A stretch of DNA of 64,000 nt from Owenia fusiformis. Taxonomy: Eukaryota. The stretch's first letter is position 1. Every line of letters starts with the position of its first letter. Position numbers and translations under genes: made by a program. The stretch spans positions 42,656,001 to 42,720,000 of the forward strand of contig CAIIXF020000001.1 of the NCBI GenBank assembly GCA_903813345.2. Reading direction: 5' to 3'. Below the pieces are notes generated by a model. That model worked only from the letters and a program-made list of their open reading frames with translations. It was not told the origin of the DNA and made no database searches. Below, one piece after another: positions 52,430 through 64,000 of this stretch.

Positions 52430-54570
52430 AACAGCTTATTTCTAATTTCAAATTGTCATATCTGATATCAACTGTTTCAACCAATCAACTCTCTAAGAAT
52501 TGGTCATGTGACTTGCAAAACTTGGAGTTATAACAATCTTATATTAAAACGAGGTATGCCAATATGCATGTTATTGTATCTAGAATGAAATAATGTTTTG
52601 TAACACAATACCATGCCAGTTTGCATGCCTGGCCTTTCATGTTTTAGTTTTAGAACTATTACAAGGAGATCAAAAAAATAAAATGATACAGTATGTGTAA
52701 TCCCATGCATATTCAAATTATATGCCCTCAATTACTCTTTGTATTATGGATGTTCATTGGATTATTCATGGCCACATGATATGAAATAGAATTACTTATT
52801 TCCTCGAAAACCTAAATCCTTGCTACCAGGGAAGATGAAAAGTACAAATGACCAGTTAATTAGATCATGTGAGCAGTCAAAAGTACCCTTTATCTTCCCT
52901 GCTACCAGGTCTTATGTTGAAAATGAAAGACTACTTATTTGTTTCTTCAAATAGAGTACATAATAATAGGTTATATACTAGATATAGTAATCAAAACAAA
53001 TAGTAACTGTCATATTTTGCACTACATTGCTCAAAGGCAATCACTGTCTGTATACTATTGAAATCTCTTTCAAAATGATGTTTTATAGTTTGTGGAAAAA
53101 AGCTAAATCTATTTAAACTAGCTTTAACTTTAACTGACCATACACTATATCAATAAGGAGTTATCTTTATGTTAGTATAGTCCCTCAAAACACTTATTTT
53201 ATTGTCTCTTCATCTATGATTTACTTTGCGCTTTTCACTGAACATCTGGGATCTTTTTAGTTATTTTATTACTAGTATGTTTTTCAGATTTGTCCTTTCT
53301 TTTGCATTTTTGGGATCACTGTTTTTAGATCATTTACATTTCATTTTGGAAAAGTAACAAATTGGTCCAATTTCTTTACAAAGAGCCACTCTTAGTCTCC
53401 ACTTCTACAATTGCTTCAATTCCCAATTGTACTCCACAGAGTAGCAAACAACAGAAAATGAATGGATAATGATAGCTGCATCCCAAATAACAAAATGTGA
53501 TTACCTAAATCGAGGTTTCATCACTTTCATTAATCTAAAATGAATTAGAAATTATTTTTCTATCTTCAAAGGACGATTCTCGGTTGGGAGAACGAAGTTC
53601 ATCAATCTAAATGAGCATTATCCCTGCTTCGGACAAATTTGATTTTTTCACCTAATATAGATTTGAATGTCTTCTTTTGAATAGTCATAATTTAGTTTGG
53701 GTAATATTTCTAGATGTTTCACAAAAAAATATTAGCGCAGTACACTGATGAACTTTTTTCCCCAAATCGAGACTTGTATTTTATTGAATCGGTCTAATTG
53801 AGCGTTATCCCTGCTTCAGACCAATTTGTTATTTTTACATCTTGTAGATTTAAATGTCCTCTTTTGAATATTCATAATTTAATTTGGGTAATATTTCTAT
53901 ATTTTTCATGAAAAAATTATTAGCCCAGAAGACTGTTCTCCAAACCGAGAATCGTCCTTTCGTCCATGTGCATGTAATAAAAATTGGTTATGTCTTAGGC
54001 CCTAAGGATCTGAAACCTGCTGGTCAAAATGGAATTACGGACCAGTTGCAATGTTATTCTCCTATACCCAGTGAAAAAATCAACTGGTCTATATCAAAAA
54101 TATAATGACCAGCGGACCGGCCCTTAGGGGCTACATTGTAATGTGCTGGGAGGTTTAGGCTACAGGGTTTATACCGAGGGAAATATGTGGGGGACCGTAT
54201 TGGCATCATTGGTTTCAATGCATTGTACTTCTGCCTTAGTTTCAAAGGCAATAAATTCTTTTTGAAGGGTGTCCTGAGATTCCAAAATTAAGAAATAATT
54301 GTACTTATTTGAGAAATTGATTTTAAAGTTTTATAAATTGAATTTTCTTTATTTTATTAAATAATATTCTTTGGTTTTTGAAGATTTTTTTACAAAGCAA
54401 AACATTATTTTACATTCTAGATACAATAACATGCATATTGGCATACTTTGTTTTAATATAAGATTGTTATAACTCCAAGTTTTGCAAGTCACATGACCAA
54501 TTCTTAGAGAGTTGATTGGTTGAAACAGTTGATATCAGATATGACAATTTGAAATTAGAAATAAGCTGTT
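52430..54570. mobile_element. 2.14 kb non-coding element with ~170 bp inverted arms
   Basis: 52430-52600 is the reverse complement of 54398-54570; the outer ~120 bp are identical; no clear TSD. Confidence 0.8.
53568..53960. mobile_element. Small TIR element nested in the 52430-54570 element, with an internal ~187 bp-period duplication
   Basis: AAAGGACGATTCTCGGTTGGGAGAAC / GTTCTCCAAACCGAGAATCGTCCTTT; 53613-53712 repeated at 53800-53899. Confidence 0.7.
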
Positions 54571-56954
54571 ATTCCGGTGGGAAATTGTATCAACTCCATT
54601 TCCATAGTTTTAAAAAAGGATCTTGTAAATTGTTTCAAGGTATGATATTTCATATAAGATATCTCTAGGGTGAGACCAGGTGACATACAAAAAATCAAGT
54701 TTCACATAGCAATACTAAGTAAGATACAGACCTCTAAACTTTCAAACCTTGATTTCTCAGTTCCGTAAAAATGTGAGATAGTACAAAGTTATTCTCATGC
54801 GACGATGTATCAACTTGAATAAAGTTTATATCATTCAAAATATAGATATTCACGTATATAAATTAATATCTGTGGGGTATAGTACTTTTGTCTGAGTAGC
54901 TGTCACATTAGCCATGAGGGCTCCGCCACCGGGTTGCTTATTTTGGGCATTGATTCTTTGACGATGGGGGATATCTTGCCGTAAACTTTGTTTTGCCCAC
55001 CGTGTATCCATGTCGTGCCTTTTGTATATAGTATTCGCACTTTGGCGAACGTAGGGCCCACATGGCATCATGGCGACAGCTTCATTATGAAGCCATTTTC
55101 TTTTTTTATGAAGCCATTTTCTTTTTTCTTTCAATATTTAACCTGGATTTTCTTAAACATTAACGCCTCAGTGTTTGGCCCTTATTGATTTCTTTGTGAA
55201 GTTCAATCTCTCACTGTCAAGAAAATAAGTCATTTTTCTTAATTAAATGTATTGAGTGGACTGATTGTAAAGCTATTGAAGATTTAACATCTTAGGAGGA
55301 ACGATTGTGGAAAGATCACAGTTCAACCCTGTGGCTTAAGACAAGTCTCTTCGAATTAATATAACATGTTTTCAATTTGCAGTGTTATTCACAATGTTAA
55401 ACCAGGTGGGAATTTATGACTAAAATAAATCTGAGCGCATTCAAGATGCAGAAATGGGATTTAAAAAACATCTTACGTTGTTTTATTGAATGTAATTTCC
55501 ATCAAATAACTGGCATATGGTGACATTTGATACCAAACTATTACTATACTAGTAAAACAATCGTAAAAGGAAGCGAATGGTAATTAAGACATGGTATAAT
55601 AATTCTTTCTCAAGAGAATGAGCAACGACCAAACTATCATTGTACTTGAAAGACGAAATCCTGCCATAACTTGCCATATTGGTTGGTTGGATCAAAGATA
55701 TCCCGATTGCTAATGCTTTGTCTGGCAGATGATAGAACATTCTTTTCCAGAAAAATAGCAACTTGCTTTGAAAAAGTGACCCCCTTTCTTATGTTATATT
55801 ATGACAATGTATCATTATTACCTCCATAGATAAAATATACAACAATAATATTAATGTTTGAGTGACAACATAAATATAACAGTATAAATACATTTATGTA
55901 CAACTCGGATGTAAACGTACTCTTGATATGACTGTCAAGAGTGCAACCCATCTTCCCCAAGGTCGATATAAGATAGCGCTACCACTACCTCAACGTCCCA
56001 TCAATAGCCCATTTTGTACATTCTTGGAAAGTTCAATTAGCAACATGGGGGGCATAGTACTTATAAATTACTTTACAAGCGATATGATATATATACAAGT
56101 GAACAATGTGTCTATCGTATCTATTTGGTATATTTTAGTGGGGTATTTTTCGTCTTCATCACATTAGTAACATAAACATTCCAATTGTATTTTATCAAGA
56201 CTATCTCGTCAATTTGACGACGTTTTTGACGTTTTGTGTTTAAACTCTTTTCAGGCAGAGATTTACAAGGTGCAACGCATTTCAAAAAATTAAAAGTAGA
56301 TCCCTTTTGGGCAGATATCTTTGAAACAAAATAACTATTCATCAAAATTAAAATTAAATAAAAAATAGACACTTGCCTACACCCTCAATAACTTCCACGT
56401 ACTCAAATTGATTGACCTGATTATAGCCAAAATACGTAAGAGTGAGATGATGACCGTATTACTTTTTCCTAGTGGTAAAGTGTGTAATAAAGACAGTATA
56501 TCTCAGTGAATTTATAAATTGGAATTTCTTTCTTATTGGAAAGTTTTAAGTAATTTTATCAAAAACAAACAAAATTAGAGCAGGGCGTCCAAGACTTTTG
56601 GACAACCCCTCGTATATTGTCAACATTTCGTAAAAACTGGGTTAATTTACACATCCAGAGTGACACAAAAAGTGACAAAAAATACAAGCAACTAATTCTG
56701 AATGGCATTCTCAATTATGATTGAATCGTGATTATAAGTAAATACATTCTCAATTATGATGGAATCGTGATTATAAGTAGTACATCATTTTTTAGTTTTT
56801 AGATCTAAAAACTTAATTTGTTTGCGGTAGCAGAATCATTCATGTCATTTATCTTTCATCACATCAAATAATTGAAAGTCACAGGCTACTGTCGTCATTA
56901 CCGTATGTGCCATAATGTATTCATACATGGTATAATGTGTGTATTACACGTATA

Positions 56955-58506
56955 CAGGGTGGTCCGCAACTTATTGGACGCATTTTTCACTGGGAAGTGG
57001 GAATATCTAGAGTTTTACGACACTCAAAAGCGGGTTGCAACCTGTTCATATTTACCTTGTGTGGAGGCAATATGCAAATTGAACCACTATAACTGTTGAA
57101 AATTCGAGTTTAACGAACTTCCTAATACCCTGCCATGTTATCTACCTCGAATTAGCCACCTGGTGGTGAAAATGGTAACTACCTACTCGCATCTGGGTAA
57201 TTCTTATAATTTTGTCTAAATCTGAAAAAATCATTTTTGTATAAAGCCCATGTCATTTGAATATTATCGCTAATAGCGATAATTTTGATAAAATCGGCCC
57301 GAAGCATATGTTTTTAAGAAAAGGCCTTAAATTTGCATAAGGCCAAAAGAAGTAGATTCTTTGTTTTGCGTCCTGGCAAAATCCAAATCATGCAAGGGTA
57401 CGAGGAAACCAAACACAAACTCAAGAAAAAACTTGTTTGCTGAGACATGTATACATTTTATGGACATTAAAAGGGATGACATACCAATTTGCAGTGATTA
57501 CAAACACATTTATATTTATATTTAAACATAGCTATTTTCAAGGGTAAAAGGGTAAAACATAAGAAAATACACAATGTACTCGTATGTCAAAGTAATCAAT
57601 AACACTGTCAATTTTGACGCACATAAAATTATCCGCCATTTCGTCTGATTCTGATTGAACAAAATGCGATGGTACATTCAGACCCTTGTGATTGCTATTT
57701 GGATGTGTTCGTTTTTTCTGATTTACTCAAAATCGTGCAAGCAAGGGGAGGCAAACAAAGAATCTACTTCTTAAGGCCTTATCTGATAATAGCAGATAAT
57801 TTTGATAATTATCAAAATTATCGCTAATAGCGATAAATGATAATTGATAATCAAATAATTGATAATCAAATTTAACGCTAATTGATGAAAGTGAGTTTCC
57901 GCACATAAATGTTCACATGGGTTTATGGACATATGAACTAGATTTTAGCCCAGGACTCAAGGAATTGTATCTGATGATTTAACAACGTATGAATTTTTTC
58001 AAACTTTATAATGAGTGGACGTGGCAGCACGAATACAGGCTAGGAAACAACGCATGAGTGGAATCTTCACCATTCATTGGATCATGCTTCAAACAGTATC
58101 CTTTAAAATAATGAATTTCTGCAAGGAAACTTTTCTGCAAGGGTTGGCCACTATTTGATATTCAGACATTTAACCTGCATAAGCACCTGGCTTATTATTC
58201 CTTTTGATACTATTGATAGATTTTCACTCGACTATGAATGTGTATACATAAGTGTCAACGGGAAAATTATAACAGAACATACCAAGAACAACACCCCATG
58301 CAGACAGATCGCCTAAAATTACATTCGTGTGATGTGAGACTCGACATTCACAAGGAAACTTGAAATAATTACTCAGATGCGAGTAGGTAGTTACCAGTTT
58401 CGCCACCAGGTGGTTGATTCGGGGGAAATAACATGGCTGGGTATTACAAAATTCCCTTAAACTTGAATATTCATCAGTTTTAATGGTTCACTTTCATATT
58501 ACCCTT
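56955..58506. mobile_element. Degenerate Tc1/mariner-like element with long imperfect inverted arms
   Basis: TA|CAGGGTGGTCC start; 57065-57203 pairs with 58366-58500 (e.g. GGTAACTACCTACTCGCATCTG / CAGATGCGAGTAGGTAGTTACC); right terminus eroded. Confidence 0.6.
57340..57779. mobile_element. MITE nested in the 56955-58506 element
   Basis: AGGCC..AAGAAGTAGATTCTTTGTTT / AAACAAAGAATCTACTTCTT..GGCCT, flanked by TA on both sides. Confidence 0.7.
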
Positions 58507-61500
58507 ATGTATGTCATAGTTATACAAATCAAAATATGTCCAGTAAAAGAAAATATTATCTGCCCAACACAAGAAAAGATATTTCACTTTTTGTGGTTTA
58601 CAACATGTTTCAAGTATTAATTGTATGACATACACGAGACCAACATTAATGCTAACAGGGGAAATCAGACCTGCAAGCCTTACTATTTATACATTTTTTT
58701 CGATATGTGATGTATATTTCCTAGTTTTTCAAAGAAATCTACAAATATTTCGTTGCGGCCTTTATTTTTACATCGTAATTTCATTCACCGCCATCACTAT
58801 TCATTTTTCAAACGAGTTACATGTACCTTGAAATATCAAGACGTCGTGCTATTCTCATAATTATAGAACTCAATGTGCCTGTCATTCACAATTTTCAAAG
58901 CAGTAAAAATTAATTTGCTTCATGGGTGGGAAAGTTTTTCTAATTTCCTGGTAAATGTCGAGCCTCGCATCATACGAATGTAAATTTAGGCGATCTGACT
59001 GCATTCGGTGAACAAGAAAGCATTCAAGAGAACTACAGTCATAAGGAAAACAAATCCACACTATCCCAAAATCGTAATCCAACGTGAAAAGAAAGTGTCT
59101 AATACCCCTCCCACCATTCAAGTACCAACATCACATATCACAGATCATAACACCTTGAGGGATATTTCATTCATACTGAAGTCATTACCCCAGTCATGTT
59201 GAAGAATAAAAAATTGATAGCCAATACTTAAAACATCAAAAATAGTTGTAGATGTTTAGTATTCATACAGCATAGAAGCATTCAGTCTCAAATGATGTGG
59301 GACAGATTAAATCCAGTCTCGAAGTCCATAAGCGTATCAAAGGGTCAACATCCATCCGCAGAGCCATCCCCATAATCCGTGAAACAATATTTTACAATGG
59401 TCATCAGGAGAAAACTATGGCTAGTTTTGGTCCCTATCTCTCAACCATAGCTGGGATCCACCTAAAAAGGTGAAAGAAATATGAGTTCGGTGCCAATCTT
59501 AAACAATTGCGACATATTTTTCTGCAAAGCCTAGAGAGTATTCTTAAGATTTTACAGATATAACCTTGGCCTCAGAGTTTTATCGCAAAAATATTATGTC
59601 TTGACTTAAAATCTAAACATGTTTTACATGCCTTGCTATATCTAATAAGCTGGGATGAAATTGATGTAATCGGTTTCACTAGAATCGAAAACTAGCCCGG
59701 GTGCATTTGAGTGGTTGGATGGAATTTGACACACTTTGCCCAGCTATTTGTGAAAAATGGATAAAAAATACAAACACTCATTGCGAGAAAAAAGTGACTT
59801 GTTCCTTGTACCCCTGACAATGGGCCCCTCCCCCTGATCAATCATGCGGTGTAAAAGCGGGAAGAAACGTAAAACAAAAATGTTTCCTCATCAGAATAAT
59901 ACCAAAGTTCGGAAGATGCCTTTCTTGAATAAAATAACCAATTGCCCTTTGAAAGAATATGTGTTATGTATGGCATTAACTTAAAAGCTTTACAGGACGA
60001 AATACTTAAAGGAAATACATCAAACAAGTTGTCAGGCACTAAAAAGAGTTTTTAGTATAAAGTTTATGTGACACAAGGGGATAAGACGTCCTCACTGTTG
60101 TTTAAAGGAACAATTGATGTTTCCCAAGAGTGAGACACAGGATTAATTTGTCTCTGGAATCATAACATTTCCCATTATCTTAATTTTATTGTTTTCTGGA
60201 ATAGACCCAGTTTTGCATTCATCACCATATATCAGCGAATGACACTCTATCTAGTTGTGTTCTTTCAACCAAGACAAGTTAAATCAGTTAAATGTGTCTA
60301 ATTTGTCGTCATAAATAAACCGAGGATGATATCAAGCCTATGATGTTTCATATTCAATTTAGCAAAGTACGTCTCTGAGCATTTCCGGAACAATCTCCTA
60401 TTATAGATAAACTTGATGCAGATCTAACTATGAAACATCTTCCGCGTCATTGTATCTCGTGGGTCAAAATAAAATTACATTATTTCCCAATCAACTTATA
60501 CACTTATAGTGTTATAGTGTTAATTTTCGTGCGATCCAATATCATAGAATGAGCAATTCATTATTTTTCCTGTGTTTATTGTCTTCATTAGTCAACTCAG
60601 TGCTTTTCTTATTCTTATACTATTGTGTTTTATTGAAGGGCACATAAAGCACGTAACCCATATAGATTGATCTTCATAAGATTGTAAGCAATCCGCAACG
60701 TTCACCGATTTGGAAAATGACAACAATAAAACTTAACATTTGTCGTTTGCGCCATAATATTAATTTGATCCTGCGGCAAATAGGAATGCCAAGCCTTCTT
60801 AAACATAAGATAATTTGTATTATGACACATATAGATGTGCGTCTTAATTTAATGATGATTGTTCCTCGGGCTGTGCGCTAGACATAACCAACCATTTTCC
60901 CGATGGATATTTCAGCGGTCATTTCGACCAGAGAAAATAAGGACTATCAATCCGGGGGTTCATGAATTGCTAGTTTATTTAAAAGGAGACCTTGATATAA
61001 AATACCTTTTCAGGTTGGTGAAAACCTAGAACCATTGGAAATTGATAGCAAACGACAGACTAAGTCTGGAGATAACGCGCTAAGCAATTAAGAATGGTTG
61101 ACGACCTGCGTCTGATTAAATACGCCACTGACTTTCAAATGTAATTATATATGATAACTTCTGACAACCATTTATCAAAGTCCATAATTGTAAGCCTGTA
61201 TGTTTCATCCCCTAAAGCCTACTGAAGAAGCATTGCAGAATTTAATGGCTTTCAATGCGGAATTAAACGTCACTATAGGATAGATGATAATATTGAATAA
61301 CAATAAATGAGTTTAATCTTGGTGTCACTTTCTTAATCTTACTCGAGTAAAGTTATTACAACAGTTTGTCTCAAGGGATGTGGTTCAGGAATTCAAAATT
61401 GGAATCACTATTGAATAAGTTGACTAGTAACCCTACCAACTAATGATTGATTCTAACAGTTGAACAACGTTTATAACTTATATAGGAGAAAATATATGTT

Positions 61501-61593
61501 ATAATACAGTTTTTTAGCTATGTCAATTCCAAATAGTTCTAAAAAGGCCCCATGTAAAGTTCAAAAATTTGTTTCTTCATCCAGATACTATCA

Positions 61594-61762
61594 AAATAAA
61601 AATAGTATAAAACAAAGCAATATTATGTGTGGCCTATCTTAGTCAAAACGAAATAAAAATAGAATAAAACAAAGCAATATTATGTGTGGCCTATCTTAGT
61701 CAAAACGAAATAAAAATAGAATAAAACAAAGCAATATTATGTGTGGCCTATCTTAGTCAAAA
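61594..61762. repeat. Tandem repeat, 3 x 57 bp
   Basis: AAATAAAAATAGAATAAAACAAAGCAATATTATGTGTGGCCTATCTTAGTCAAAACG, near-identical copies. Confidence 0.95.
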
Positions 61763-62792
61763 TGATGTTTTCAAATCGTCAAAGTTGCAAATTGTCTGAA
61801 TCATTATGGCCCCCTGTAAAGAATGAGATAACTATTACAAAAAGCAAACAAATTATATTTTCTGTACTGTCATAGAAAATCAAATTGATGGTCAAAATTA
61901 GCAGATTGACTTTGTATTTTCAAACTCTCTTACTTCATTGAATTATCACAGCTGATTATAATAATAGCCACAAGTGAAGAAACTTGCATTTCCCTGGGAA
62001 TTAGCAGTCTACAGAGAGAAGGCAGCTGTTCTACTGCACTGGATAAAATGTTCATTTTTATTTCATCTATAATCACAACATTAAAATAAGAATTGGTACT
62101 ATGATCATATAGAGTCAATTCATCATTTCGCAGAAAGACAATGCATTTGGATGACTGCAATTTTTAAGTAGGATTTTTGCTAAGAACCATTCCATTTTAA
62201 TCAATAGGTGTGAAGTACACATACCAGTATATGGATAGAAAGGAAGCCTCAACACAACTTAGTTTATATCTATCACAAATTCATTTTCAAAAATGACTGT
62301 TAGTTCTGCACCAAGTGCTCATGCTATCTGCACCGAGTTTCTTTTGTGGATCCATTCTGCATAGGGTGTTTATATCAGAACTCCCTCATTAATCATAAAA
62401 ATAATCAATTACCACTTAAGATAAAAATGTCAGTTAAAAAATGATTATAACATTTATTCTGTATAAAAATGACTGAGCTGAAGATAATTTGGTATAAATA
62501 CAAAATACAACATCCTCTTGTTCTGTTAATCAAAAGAACTCATTCATTTCTGTCAGACATTTATAACAATATAAATTCTAAGGAATATATATTTAACACA
62601 AATTGACAGTGTACAATCATTATTTCCTGATAAGTTTAGAAAATGTTTTATAAATGTATAAAATATTGTAGAAACAAACCTACCAACGCCTGGTAAATAC
62701 AAAATGAAAAATATAGTTTGACAGTATATGACGCTAAATTTTAATTCATAAGATGCAAAATCATTTAGTTAACTACATGTATATACTAAATA

Positions 62793-62979
62793 CAGTAAAA
62801 CCTGTCTTAGTGAACACCCCTCTCTCTCTCTAGTGAACACTAGTCTCTAGTGGACACCCTTCCTTCACACATACTCTACTGACTTCTTGATAAATTACCA
62901 TCTATTAAATAGTTAACACCTACCAGCACTGTATATTTCTTCTAAGCAAAAAAATGTTCAATATGCATAGGTTTTACTC
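62793..62979. mobile_element. pogo/Tigger-like MITE
   Basis: TA|CAGTAAAACCT ... AGGTTTTACTC|TA; internal AGTGRACAC repeats. Confidence 0.6.
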
Positions 62980-64000
62980 TATTTGATTGGTTGTGCAGTA
63001 GTAAACTACATGTATGTGTAGTATTTACTGTATTTATACATGCATGTGCATTTCTTTACTCTGTATATGTATCATTCTTAAGTATATGTAAGTGTGGAAG
63101 TTAATAACATGTTTGTGCAGTAGTAAACTACATTTACATTTGGTAGTTAACAACATATCGTATATGTGGTAAGTATCTTAACAAATACATACAGTTTATG
63201 TATAGTCATAATATTGTAAGTAATACAGTTAGGGATATCTAATATCGCTTCGATGACAGGCACTACATACAATCGATTAACAGGCTTATATCTAATTGAG
63301 CTAAAAATCTTACTGCACTAATACAATTACATGTCAATATTTAAATAAATAACAGGCCAATATTCAATTAAATAACAGGTAGTTATTCCATTAATTTAAA
63401 GGTCAGTATTGCACATACAGGCCAATATTTAATGGATTTAAAACTGAAATAGGGAGTAAGTTCCAACAATGTCAATACTTTTACAGTTTTGGAAAAGCAA
63501 AGTTATGATTTACCCTAACCCCGCCCCCATTCCAGACCCCCCCCCCCCACCCTGATATAACCAAATTTGAAAATATTGATTTTAACTTGCAATCAACTAA
63601 ATTCTTAAAAGTCAAAACCCTTCACTTATGAAATCATCATTTAACCAGGCCTCCCTTAAAGGGGCAACAAGGTATGTAGAGAGAAAATAGGAAATTCTTC
63701 TGAGCTATCACGGCAACATTTGGCTTAACATCTTCTTTGACTTTGACATACCTAATTTCTTAAAATGTATGGATAAACTATCAATTTCAGCATTAAGAAG
63801 TGTAAATTCAGAAAAGGGGAAATCCACTTTTAAGATCCATCATATTTCAAGAGGAATATCAGCTGAAATAATTTTTTATCTGGGGGGTTTCTTTGTACCA
63901 GTAGATAATAAAAATAGATGTAAGTCTTGATGAAATATCCAAACTATATTTTGACACTAGGCGATGATTGTTGAATGGCCCCTCTGTACTAATTGTTGCA

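Noticed and set aside
63513..63552. C-rich run containing CCCTAACCC
   Set aside because: A single telomere-like unit plus a homopolymer; not an array.

Overview
AT-rich, gene-poor eukaryotic DNA from an invertebrate animal (the repeat types suggest a mollusc or other lophotrochozoan; this is inference). It is not prokaryotic, and I found no CRISPR array, rRNA or tRNA. Two protein-coding genes are supported. (1) A class A (rhodopsin-family) peptide-receptor-like GPCR with one coding exon, 35491-36783 (+). (2) A four-exon Crypton/DUF3504-type tyrosine recombinase, 43838-46517 (+), 519 aa after splicing. The ORF track truncates it before the catalytic His and Tyr, but splicing restores the full R..HxxR..H..Y set. 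It is flanked by matching subterminal inverted motifs, consistent with an intact Crypton transposon. The rest is non-autonomous DNA transposons, satellites and a decayed LINE reverse transcriptase. Two nested structures stand out: three ~1.80 kb Helentron-type (HINE) elements inserted one inside another at the same spot (19246-24655), and a four-level stack of different MITE classes with readable target-site duplications (31161-34070) just upstream of the GPCR exon. All calls were made by eye, so coordinates of degenerate repeats are approximate.
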